From: an uncultured Acholeplasmataceae bacterium
Lineage (GTDB): Bacteria; Bacillota_I; Bacilli_A; Acholeplasmatales; UBA5453
Assembly (NCBI GenBank): GCA_964481475.1
Contig: CAYZTG010000001.1
Location: forward strand, 20,441-84,440
Length of the DNA: 64,000 bases
Direction of reading: 5' to 3'
In this document: piece by piece, positions 50,356 through 58,549 of the stretch
How positions within the stretch are numbered: position 1 is the stretch's first letter
Layout: the number at the start of each line of letters is the position of its first letter
Position numbers and translations under genes: made by a program
Notes under the pieces: model-generated
Database searches by the model: none
The model's input: the letters and a program-made list of their open reading frames with translations, nothing else
Told to the model about the DNA's origin: nothing

Positions 50356-50805
50356 CTATCTTTTCATTCTCATAAATACCATATAACTTATTAAAACATT
50401 AATAAAAATATTAAATGAAGAAATTATTATTCCTGACACTGAGCTAAATGAGATAATACTTGAAAAATAATAAAGAGGATTAAAGGCACCCAGCCAAATA
50501 TAATTAGTTACTTGAAATGTTTGCATAATAATTCTAATTGTAGTTACAAAATAATCCCCTAGAAATAAAAAGAAAATTGCCAAAATCGAATATGTAATAT
50601 GATAAAAATGAAAACTTTCATATAATCTCTTAACTAAAAAGTAATATAGAATAATAAAGGTGAAAATATTAAAGAAATCAAGGAAAGATCCCATTAAGAA
50701 AAAGTTGATTGCTCCTAAAGCAGAACCAAAAACAACCGACCCTAATATTCCTTCTATAATAAATCTATATAACTCTTTTCTATAAATTTTTTCTTTAAAA
50801 AACAT
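50356..50805 (-). CDS. Hypothetical 4-TM membrane protein, co-transcribed with ribU
   Basis: 149-aa hydrophobic ORF. Its ATG immediately follows the ribU TAG (TAGATG), and a GGAGG SD lies inside the ribU 3' end. No recognisable family. Confidence 0.65.
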   Translation of the reverse strand: MFFKEKIYRKELYRFIIEGILGSVVFGSALGAINFFLMGSFLDFFNIFTFIILYYFLVKRLYESFHFYHITYSILAIFFLFLGDYFVTTIRIIMQTFQVTNYIWLGAFNPLYYFSSIISFSSVSGIIISSFNIFINVLISYMVFMRMKR

Positions 50806-51462
50806 CTAAACCTCCAAATATTTTAACCTAGTATTTAATAACTCGAAAGCTACCATTATTAATAATCCCTTGATAATGTTAAAAGGTAAAATAAAAACAA
50901 ATATTAAAAAACTATATGAACTAACACCAACAAAGCCAAGACCAGAGTTAAGTGTATTAATATCATTTAATAATTGTGTAACAAAAAAATACTCCCCAGC
51001 TGATAATTGAATCGGTATCACAATGAAAAAATTTAACAAAACCATTACAAAAGTAAATCCTAAAGTTACAATTAAACCATGAATAAGTGGCTTAACAATC
51101 TTGAATTTTTCAATATCACAAACTTCTTTTTTAACTAAAGGAACAAGATTCGTTTTGGTAATTTTAGTTGCCAAATAATAAAACGTAATAATTGAAAACG
51201 AACTAAGTATTGCCATATATTCTCCTAAGAAAGGAAAGACGTCAACATCACCTTTAATTGCAATTCTAATTATAGTTCTTAAAATGATTACAACCCCCGT
51301 CTTTGAATAACCCAAGACTATTAAACTTACTAAAATTACAACTTCACTAAAATCAAACTTTAAAAAAGGAGCTGGGGGAAATGGAATTTCAATATATCCC
51401 AAAATAATTGCCATTGCCGAAAATGTTGCTGTTAAGACAATTTGTTTAATTTTACTATTCAT
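50806..51462 (-). CDS. ribU: ECF-transporter S component, riboflavin-type (RibU)
   Basis: 218-aa ORF with 6 TM helices and an ECF S-component-like N-terminus (LTATFSAMAIILGYIEIPFPPAPFLKFDFSEV). It is directly preceded by an FMN riboswitch. Confidence 0.78.
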   Translation of the reverse strand: MNSKIKQIVLTATFSAMAIILGYIEIPFPPAPFLKFDFSEVVILVSLIVLGYSKTGVVIILRTIIRIAIKGDVDVFPFLGEYMAILSSFSIITFYYLATKITKTNLVPLVKKEVCDIEKFKIVKPLIHGLIVTLGFTFVMVLLNFFIVIPIQLSAGEYFFVTQLLNDINTLNSGLGFVGVSSYSFLIFVFILPFNIIKGLLIMVAFELLNTRLKYLEV

Positions 51463-51479
51463 ATTTATCCTCTTTCTAT

Positions 51480-51631
51480 AAAAAAATCGTCACTTCAGGA
51501 CGAAGAAAAAAGCATAAAAATAGCACTTCTTCCATCCAGACTATACTGTCGGTATAGGATTTACACCTATTCCTGCCCAAAGGCTCGCGGACTTTACCGC
51601 CGATCGAGGAATTACACCTCACCCTGAAGTT
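51480..51631 (-). promoter_or_regulatory. FMN riboswitch (RFN element) with terminator-type expression platform
   Basis: The minus strand reads CTTCAGGGTGAGGTGTAATTCCTCGATCGGCGGTAAAGTCCGCGAGCC...GGTGTAAATCCTATACCGACAGTATAGTCTGGATGGAAGAAG, which matches the conserved RFN core. It is followed by the hairpin TCGTC-7 nt-GACGA plus T7 (51480..51503) and then the ribU SD. Confidence 0.9.
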
Positions 51632-51637
51632 ACTTCT

Positions 51638-51666
51638 ATTATATTCTTAAGGACTATTAAAGTCAA
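51638..51666 (-). promoter_or_regulatory. Consensus sigma-A promoter driving the FMN riboswitch and ribU
   Basis: On the minus strand: TTGACT, 17 nt, TATAAT, ending 7 nt before the riboswitch P1 region. Confidence 0.65.
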
Positions 51667-51758
51667 TTTTTAATACAATTGAAAACATTTTCTATACTAA
51701 TTTATGCTAAATAATTTGTTATTAATGTATAATAATAATGTAAAGGATCGTGATAGAA

Positions 51759-53291
51759 ATGAATAATTTTGTAGCACTAATAATCTTAGATGGCCAAGGA
51801 ATTGCTAAAGCAAGTGATAGTAATGCAGTTACCTTAGCTAAGACCCCAGTTTTTGATGATTTAATTAGCAATTATCCCCATAATACATTGTCTGCTTCAG
51901 GGGAGCATGTCGGATTACCAGAAGGACAAATGGGCAATAGTGAAGTTGGCCACTTAAATTTAGGGGCTGGTAGAGTTGTATGGCAAAGTTTAAGTAGAGT
52001 AAACGCTGCTATTAAAGATGGATCGTTTTTCAATAACAAAGCCTTCTTAAATGCGATAAATTGGGCTAAAAAACATAATAGTAAACTCCATATTTTAGGC
52101 CTTGCTGGTCATGGTGGAGTTCATTCTAGTAGTAGACATATCATTGCTTTAAATGATTTAGCGACTCAACATGGTTTAAAAGAAAGAACTTTTTACCATG
52201 CTTTTTTAGACGGGAGAGATACACCTCCAATGAGCGGATTAGAATTTCTTGAAGAACTAAATGAGGCTAATGTTCATATTTCTACTGTCAGTGGCAGATA
52301 TTATGCCATGGATAGAGATAATAATTGGGACAGACTACAAAAAGCGATCGATAATTTAACAATTGGCACAGGAAAAGAATTTCCTAACTTTAGAGATGGT
52401 GTTAAAGAAAGTTATCAAAATAACATTACCGATGAATTTATGATTCCTTTTTTAGTAGACAAAAAAGGCTTAATTAGTAATAATGACGCTGTTATTTTTG
52501 CTAACTTTAGACCAGACCGTGCCATTAGAATTAGTACTGCTCTTTCAAACCCAAGTAAAGTAAGCAATTATTATACCGAAGGAAAAGCAAAATTTGATAG
52601 TTCTCATATACCAAGTAACATTTTCTTTGTTTCAATGATGCATTACCAAGAAACAGTCAAAGGAGAAATTGCTTTTGAACTTCAAGATTTAAAAGATCTC
52701 TACGGAGACGTTATTGAAAGTAATAACTTAAAGCAATTAAGAATCGCTGAAACAGAAAAATATGCTCATGTTACCTTTTTCTTTGATGGTGGAATTGAAA
52801 AATCGTATCAAGGCGCAAAAAGAATCTTGATTCCTTCACCTAAAGTTCCCACCTATGATTTAAAACCTGAAATGAGTGCTTATGAAGTTGCTGATGCCGC
52901 AATCGAAAACATTTTATCAAAACAATATCAAACCATGATTTTAAACTTTGCCAACCCCGATATGGTAGGACATACCGGATCAATTCCAGCTACTATCAAG
53001 GCAGTTGAAGCAGTTGATATTAATTTAGGCAGAGTTTTAAAGGCAATTAATGAAATTGATGGTGTCGCAATTATTCTTGCTGACCATGGAAATGCTGAAG
53101 TGATGCGAGATCAAAATGGAACTCCTCATACTGCTCACACAACGAACTTAGTTCCAGTTATAATTACTAAAAAGGGACTAAAATTAAGAGATGGCGGTGC
53201 TCTATGTGATATTGCACCAACAATGCTTGCGTTATTAAATATTGAAAAACCAAAAGCAATGACAGGTCATTCTTTAATTGAAAAGCCATAA
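51759..53291 (+). CDS. gpmI: 2,3-bisphosphoglycerate-independent phosphoglycerate mutase
   Basis: ILDGQG, MGNSEVGHLNLGAGR and ADHGNAE motifs are present. The ORF-track start 51750 is a GTG. The ATG at 51759 lies 11 nt after AAAGGA. Confidence 0.94.
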   Translation: MNNFVALIILDGQGIAKASDSNAVTLAKTPVFDDLISNYPHNTLSASGEHVGLPEGQMGNSEVGHLNLGAGRVVWQSLSRVNAAIKDGSFFNNKAFLNAINWAKKHNSKLHILGLAGHGGVHSSSRHIIALNDLATQHGLKERTFYHAFLDGRDTPPMSGLEFLEELNEANVHISTVSGRYYAMDRDNNWDRLQKAIDNLTIGTGKEFPNFRDGVKESYQNNITDEFMIPFLVDKKGLISNNDAVIFANFRPDRAIRISTALSNPSKVSNYYTEGKAKFDSSHIPSNIFFVSMMHYQETVKGEIAFELQDLKDLYGDVIESNNLKQLRIAETEKYAHVTFFFDGGIEKSYQGAKRILIPSPKVPTYDLKPEMSAYEVADAAIENILSKQYQTMILNFANPDMVGHTGSIPATIKAVEAVDINLGRVLKAINEIDGVAIILADHGNAEVMRDQNGTPHTAHTTNLVPVIITKKGLKLRDGGALCDIAPTMLALLNIEKPKAMTGHSLIEKP

Positions 53292-53356
53292 ATTATGGTT
53301 TTTTCTTTATGAGAATATTTTGTATAATTAGAAATAGCTTACTTTTGAGGTGCTAA

Positions 53357-55417
53357 ATGTCTTTATTACTAAAACTAAGAAAATCATTATTAGAAGAAAA
53401 ACCAAACTACCAACTAAACTATGTCATTCCTAGTCTTTTTAATGGATTTGGCCATAAGAGTATTTGCAAACTTAAAAATGGTGAAGAATTAATTAATCCT
53501 TATGATTTTCTAATTGATTTAATAGACTCCGTTTTTTTAACTAACTATCAGCCTGAGCCGGTCCAAAGTTTATCCATGAAACAAGGAGTAAAAACTAAAT
53601 CATGGCTGAAAAAAGCTGTTTTTTACTCAATGATGATTAGAACATCGTCTGCTTGGGATCATGATCGAAACGGGACTTTAGACGAACACAATCTAAACGG
53701 TTTAAAAGAAACAGGAACATTTATTAAAACATTAATGATTTTACCTTTCTTAAAGGAAATGGGAATTAATACTCTCTATTTATTACCTATTTCTAAATAT
53801 TCTCTTAAAAACAAAAAGGGAGAACTAGGAAGTCCTTATAGTGTTTCCAACTTTTTTAAACTAGATGAAAACTTAAAAGATCCCCTAATTAAGGACCGTT
53901 TAAGCATAGAGGAACAATTTCAAGTATTAGTTGAAGCTTGTCATACACTAAACATTAGGGTAATGATTGACATCATCCCTAGAACAAATGCCCTCGATAG
54001 TGATTTATTAATTACTAACCCTGAATGGTTCTACTGGATAAAAACAAAAAGCTTGCAAGACTATCGTCCACCTATTATTAAAGGTATTAAAGAAAAAACA
54101 GTTTCGCCACTACCTAACTATATGAAAGCAGTTTATGAAGACGAAGAAGTTTTAAAGCACATAAATCTATTTGAATTTGACCCTAAAACACAAAATCCTC
54201 TACTTTGGGAAAAAGTATTAAAAGAATACCATAAAAGCCAAGAAAATATTTTACAATTAATTGATAAACACTTTAACCTAACCGTCGCTCCTGCCTTTAG
54301 CGACCATATTAATGATGTCCAGCCTCCTTGGTCTGATATAACTTTTTTTAGAATGTATTTAGACCACCCACACGCTAATATTAAATATCTTAAAAACAAA
54401 AATACCCCACCATATATTTTATTTGATACTATCAAAGCTAACTTATATCCAGGGAAAGTTCCTAATAATGAACTTTGGCAAATAATTACAAACATTATTC
54501 CCTATTATCAAAAAACATTTGGAATTGACGGAGCGAGAATTGATATGGGGCACGCACTACCACAAAAATTAGTTATGAAGATTATTGAAAAAGCAAAAGA
54601 AATAGATAATAGTTTCGTTTTCATTGCTGAAGAATTAAACCCTGACAATGCCCTAAAGGCAAAAAAACTTGGTTATGATATGATTATTGGCAACTCTTTT
54701 TCAAGAGTATATAAAGTTTATGAACTAGAAACACATAACTTCATGCTAAATACTCATAAGCTTCCTCTCTTACAATTCGCACTTGCTGAAACACATGATA
54801 CACCAAGAATCGCCTCTAGAGAGGGTGGAAAGATTTTAAGTAGATTTCTTTCAGTCATGAATATGTTCACCCCTAATACGGTCCCATTTATTAATTCTGG
54901 TCAAGAAGTTTATGAACTACAAGCAATGAATTTAGGTCTCAATCCTCGTGAAAATGAACTAGAGATGTTAGAGAAAGATGATCCTTATTACGGAAAATTA
55001 GCCTTGTTTGATAAATATGCCTTCCATTATTTAAACGAAGATAACTATGATATTAAAAACCACTTAAAGAAAGTAGTTTCTATTAGAAATAAATACTCAT
55101 CAATAATTACTAACAAAAATAATTATATTGAAATTAACTTTAATGTTGGCAGAGACCCAATTGGCTTTATCTATCAATCAAAAAAAGAACTTCTTTTTAT
55201 CATCGGTAATCCCTTTTATGATTTTACTCAAACAGTAAAAGTTGACTTGAGTGAATTAAGAATTAAATATAATCTTAGTTATGATGCCTTCCTCCATTAT
55301 GGAACTTATGAAAAAACGACAAGGATAATCGAAGACTACGATGAAAACAATAATCCTTACTTTTTGATGGGACCTGGAGAAGTAAAAATATTTTCGATAA
55401 AAAGGGCTATTAAATAA
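53357..55417 (+). CDS. Cytoplasmic GH13 (alpha-amylase family) glycoside hydrolase or transferase
   Basis: 686-aa ORF with no signal peptide. GH13 conserved regions are present: VMIDIIPRT (I), GIDGARIDMGHAL (II), FIAEEL (III) and LAETHDTPR (IV). A GAGGTG SD is present. Confidence 0.78.
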   Translation: MSLLLKLRKSLLEEKPNYQLNYVIPSLFNGFGHKSICKLKNGEELINPYDFLIDLIDSVFLTNYQPEPVQSLSMKQGVKTKSWLKKAVFYSMMIRTSSAWDHDRNGTLDEHNLNGLKETGTFIKTLMILPFLKEMGINTLYLLPISKYSLKNKKGELGSPYSVSNFFKLDENLKDPLIKDRLSIEEQFQVLVEACHTLNIRVMIDIIPRTNALDSDLLITNPEWFYWIKTKSLQDYRPPIIKGIKEKTVSPLPNYMKAVYEDEEVLKHINLFEFDPKTQNPLLWEKVLKEYHKSQENILQLIDKHFNLTVAPAFSDHINDVQPPWSDITFFRMYLDHPHANIKYLKNKNTPPYILFDTIKANLYPGKVPNNELWQIITNIIPYYQKTFGIDGARIDMGHALPQKLVMKIIEKAKEIDNSFVFIAEELNPDNALKAKKLGYDMIIGNSFSRVYKVYELETHNFMLNTHKLPLLQFALAETHDTPRIASREGGKILSRFLSVMNMFTPNTVPFINSGQEVYELQAMNLGLNPRENELEMLEKDDPYYGKLALFDKYAFHYLNEDNYDIKNHLKKVVSIRNKYSSIITNKNNYIEINFNVGRDPIGFIYQSKKELLFIIGNPFYDFTQTVKVDLSELRIKYNLSYDAFLHYGTYEKTTRIIEDYDENNNPYFLMGPGEVKIFSIKRAIK

Positions 55418-55423
55418 CTTTTT

Positions 55424-55451
55424 AAAACAGACATTATTTATGTCTGTTTTT
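55424..55451. terminator. Bidirectional Rho-independent terminator (GH13 gene / yolD-like gene)
   Basis: A 10-bp stem AAAACAGACA/TGTCTGTTTT with a 7-nt loop. Confidence 0.7.
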
Positions 55452-55510
55452 CTTAATAAAATATGAAATATATAATAATTTAAGTCGAGAAAATATGTTT
55501 TTATTTTGTA

Positions 55511-55867
55511 TTACCATTGAGTAAATCCTTCATAATCATATTTAGCACTTTGGTAATATATTTCCAAAATACATTCTCCTTTAATTTGTTTATTATTAAT
55601 CACTATCGCTTTATTTATAAAGTCGATTTTTTTTATCTTGCCACTTAAAAACTCAATACCCCCATCACTATAATAGTATAAATCACATGTTAACTCATAT
55701 TCAAAAACTAGTTTAAGTTTATTATTTAAGATTTCATTTTGATCTTCGGATAAAATAGGTTTTGCTTTTGTTAATCTTTTATTTTTAAGTTCTATAAGTG
55801 CGCTCTTAAATCCTGTTAAAGCATCAAAAGGTACCCACTTAATTAGCCCTCTATCAAAATTATCCAT
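55511..55867 (-). CDS. YolD-like protein
   Basis: 118-aa ORF (MDNFDRGLIKWVPFDAL...). The ORF-track start 55879 is a TTG inside the GGAGG SD. It overlaps the end of the polymerase gene by 8 nt, the classic yolD/uvrX-type pairing. Confidence 0.75.
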   Translation of the reverse strand: MDNFDRGLIKWVPFDALTGFKSALIELKNKRLTKAKPILSEDQNEILNNKLKLVFEYELTCDLYYYSDGGIEFLSGKIKKIDFINKAIVINNKQIKGECILEIYYQSAKYDYEGFTQW

Positions 55868-57110
55868 TATGTCCTCCAATTGTTTGATTTCTTCTAATCT
55901 GGGTAGAGTGTTCTAAGAGTGATGTAGCTTTAGTAATACTATTTTTACCAAAGTTGACTTTTAAATTATCAATTACGCTTTCTAACTGAAATTCTAGTTC
56001 CTCTTTTTGAAAATCGGTAAATAAATTTAACTGCCTACTCTTTATTTCTGTTAGATTTGTTACTCCTACTGTAATTTTTCTAATCGGCAAATTTTCAATA
56101 TGTTTTTCAAACAAACTAATTATGTTTTTATAAAGATTGCTTGTTAAGTTTGTCTTATCTTGAATTCTCATTTGTTTATTAAATCCTCCACCAACCTTTT
56201 TAGTATAACTAATTGCCAAAGTAACTACAGAAGCTAACTTTTTGTTTAACCTTAGCCTTCTCGAGAGATCTTCAACCATTTCTTTGATTATTAACTTTGC
56301 TTCTTCCACTTGATAATCTCTAAAAAGAACTTGCCCAATACTATATCTAGTGTTGTTTGATTTTAATTTATCTTGGTCTTGTAAGCAGCTTTTATCTCTT
56401 CCATGGGCATGATTATAAAGTTCTAAACCCATGACACCAAAATGTTTTTCTAATTTTACTGGGTCATAATGAGCAAGATCATAGATAGAAATAATTCCTA
56501 ATCTGTTTAAATTTTTTTCCATTCTAGAACCTATTCCCCACATCTTACTTAAGGGTGTTACTTTCCATAACTTTTCTTCAATATCTTTATTCCTCCAAAC
56601 AGCAATATAGTCTTCTTTTGTTTTAGATTCTAAATCTAAAGCTAATTTAGCCATCAACATATTTTCGCCAATTCCACAAGTAGCATAAATACCTAACTTT
56701 TCATGTACTTCCATTAAAATTTTCACAGCCAATTGATAACTATTCATTTTATAATAGTTCAAATAAGCAGTAACGTCTAAAAAAGCTTCATCAATCGAAT
56801 AGATAAATAAGTCTTGTTCACTTACATAATTTAGGTAAATATCTACTACTTTTATTGCGAAATCTAAATATTTTTGCATTCTTGGCATTGCGACAATTAA
56901 GTCAGGTATCTTTGGAACTTCATATAGTCTACATCGCGAAGGAATTCCTCTACTTTTTAAATAGGGGCTGACAGCCAAGACAATTCCCCCACTTCGAGAC
57001 GGATCAGCAACTACCAAAGGAGTTGTGAATGGATTTAAGTTTCTTAAGCTACATTCAACACTCGCATAAAAACTTTTTAGATCAATACATAATATTTGCT
57101 TACTTCCCAT
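55860..57110 (-). CDS. Y-family (translesion) DNA polymerase, UvrX/YqjW-type
   Basis: 416-aa ORF with ILCIDLKSFYASVE, SIDEAFLDVT and the helix-hairpin-helix motif PLSKMWGIGSRMEKNLNRLGI. Confidence 0.88.
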   Translation of the reverse strand: MGSKQILCIDLKSFYASVECSLRNLNPFTTPLVVADPSRSGGIVLAVSPYLKSRGIPSRCRLYEVPKIPDLIVAMPRMQKYLDFAIKVVDIYLNYVSEQDLFIYSIDEAFLDVTAYLNYYKMNSYQLAVKILMEVHEKLGIYATCGIGENMLMAKLALDLESKTKEDYIAVWRNKDIEEKLWKVTPLSKMWGIGSRMEKNLNRLGIISIYDLAHYDPVKLEKHFGVMGLELYNHAHGRDKSCLQDQDKLKSNNTRYSIGQVLFRDYQVEEAKLIIKEMVEDLSRRLRLNKKLASVVTLAISYTKKVGGGFNKQMRIQDKTNLTSNLYKNIISLFEKHIENLPIRKITVGVTNLTEIKSRQLNLFTDFQKEELEFQLESVIDNLKVNFGKNSITKATSLLEHSTQIRRNQTIGGHNG

Positions 57111-57162
57111 TTCGCTCCTCCTTTTTAAAGTATTCTATCAAAAAATATCGTGAAAATATATG

Positions 57163-57200
57163 AAAAAAAAGGCTTTTTAGAATGAAACTAAATTGCCTTT
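57163..57200 (-). terminator. Rho-independent terminator closing the DUF1538/PII-like operon
   Basis: On the minus strand, an interrupted hairpin AAGGC-AA-UUUAG-UUUCAUU-CUAAA-AA-GCCUU is followed by T8. Confidence 0.6.
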
Positions 57201-57294
57201 TTTCATTAGTTTTCTTATTTGTTTTAAGTGCCGTTTAAAGTAGTCATTAAACGGTATTTAAATAGCCATTTTAAAATTATTTTTAATTAGTTAT

Positions 57295-57564
57295 TTAAAA
57301 GAAACTTATTCCAACCGATGTTAAAATAGCTAGAACAGCAACGATAATAAAAACAACTTTACCAAATTGTTTTAAATTTTTCGCATACTGCCAAGCAGAC
57401 CAAATAACAACAATAATCAAAAGTAAGTTTGCTACAAATTGAAAACTAGACAAATTTGCTCCTTTATCAAACCAGCTAAGGATTAATAAAGTTAGCGAGA
57501 TTAATGCGCTTATTATTAGTGATGCATAAGCTAATAATCCAATTAGCTTTGTGTCCTTTTTCAT
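57295..57564 (-). CDS. Hypothetical 3-TM micro-protein
   Basis: 89-aa ORF. Its ATG overlaps the stop of the upstream PII-like gene by 1 nt. It has three hydrophobic helices. Confidence 0.6.
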   Translation of the reverse strand: MKKDTKLIGLLAYASLIISALISLTLLILSWFDKGANLSSFQFVANLLLIIVVIWSAWQYAKNLKQFGKVVFIIVAVLAILTSVGISFF

Positions 57565-57869
57565 TATAATTCAACTCCTATCAGTTTATCTATTTCAACG
57601 GAAAACACTACTCCGTTTGCTTCCTTACTTGAACCAAAATTATTATATATTTCCTTCATAAGCTTATCTTTTTGCTCTTCTAGACAAGCAATTAATAAAA
57701 CTTCTTTCTCAGGGTGGATAGTAATTTTAAAAAACTTTTCATCTTTATCAGTAAGTGAACTTTTACCGTGAATAATTGTGCCCCCCTTTACACCAAAATT
57801 TCTCATATGGTCCATAACTTTATCGGCACAACCACTATTACCTATATAAATAATTAGAGACTTATTCAC
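57564..57869 (-). CDS. PII-like small protein, type A' (paralog of 58205..58540)
   Basis: The sequence shows the pattern beta-alpha-beta, loop, beta-alpha-beta, with IGNSG, GGTIIHGKS, ITIHPEKEVLLI and ANGVVFS motifs. The ORF-track start 57875 is a TTG touching the SD. The GTG at 57869 lies 6 nt after GGGGTGA. Confidence 0.7.
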   Translation of the reverse strand: MNKSLIIYIGNSGCADKVMDHMRNFGVKGGTIIHGKSSLTDKDEKFFKITIHPEKEVLLIACLEEQKDKLMKEIYNNFGSSKEANGVVFSVEIDKLIGVEL

Positions 57870-58188
57870 TTTCAATCACCCCACTAATTTCTTCCAAAGC
57901 CATTCTATTAATTGATGATAATGGCAGTGTAAGGGCCATTCCAACCTTTTTCTCAGAAAGTTTAAACTTCTCTTCTAATGTATTTAGAATCTTCTCTTCA
58001 TTATCTTGATGAATTATTGAAAGAATAACATCCTTTTCCTTATTAGTTAAAGAAAAATATTCCATAATTTGATTTGACGCAGTTCCTTCACCAAGAAAAA
58101 TTATTGAAAAATTTGCTTTTAATTTATTTAGTTGTTTACAAACAAGCTCACCCTTGCCTCTTGAAACTATTGTAATTAGTAATTTCAT
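57862..58188 (-). CDS. PII-like small protein, divergent type B
   Basis: 108-aa ORF with the same secondary-structure rhythm (LLITIVSRGKG...FSIIFLGEGTAS...KDVILSII...GMALTLPL). It lacks the GGTIIHG motif. Confidence 0.6.
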   Translation of the reverse strand: MKLLITIVSRGKGELVCKQLNKLKANFSIIFLGEGTASNQIMEYFSLTNKEKDVILSIIHQDNEEKILNTLEEKFKLSEKKVGMALTLPLSSINRMALEEISGVIESE

Positions 58189-58204
58189 TTCAATTTTCTC
58201 CTTG

Positions 58205-58540
58205 CTAAATAACTAAATCATCCATATTCCCTAAGTCTCTAATATTTGACTTAATTCCATAAGCCTTAGAGACAGCTAAAGAGAACATCATGCCATTTGC
58301 TGGACTTTTAATCCCTAGATTTTTATTTAAGCCTTCCATTATTAACTTCTTACTATGACTTAAAGCAACAATTAAAAGGACATCTTTTTCTTGATGTATT
58401 GTTATTCCAAATAGTTTTCTATCTTTTTTACTATTACTCCTACCGTGGATAATTGTTCCCCCAGTAGCACCTAAATCTTTAGCAACTTCCATTGCTTTAT
58501 ACGCATAACCACTGTTACCAATAAAAACTATCAGTTCCAT
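58205..58540 (-). CDS. PII-like small protein, type A
   Basis: 111-aa ORF with a GGAGG SD and the motifs MELIVFIGNSG...GATGGTIIHGRS...ITIHQEKDVLLIVA...ANGMMFSL. This is the kind of P-II-family protein usually annotated next to DUF1538 genes. Confidence 0.72.
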   Translation of the reverse strand: MELIVFIGNSGYAYKAMEVAKDLGATGGTIIHGRSNSKKDRKLFGITIHQEKDVLLIVALSHSKKLIMEGLNKNLGIKSPANGMMFSLAVSKAYGIKSNIRDLGNMDDLVI

Positions 58541-58549
58541 AATTCCTCC

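Noticed and set aside
51442-51627. 61-aa plus-strand ORF
   Set aside because: It runs across the FMN riboswitch and terminator on the opposite strand. The locally GC-rich sequence is explained by the RNA structure, not by coding.
54133-54495. 120-aa antisense ORF in the GH13 gene, plus 125-aa and 92-aa antisense ORFs in the DUF1538 gene (58704..59081, 59538..59816)
   Set aside because: These are shadow ORFs opposite strongly motif-supported genes, with no SD.
55511-57110. YolD/Y-family polymerase pair as evidence of a prophage or ICE
   Set aside because: No integrase, phage structural, conjugation or repeat boundaries occur anywhere in the flanking 10 kb. I treat it as a chromosomal cassette.
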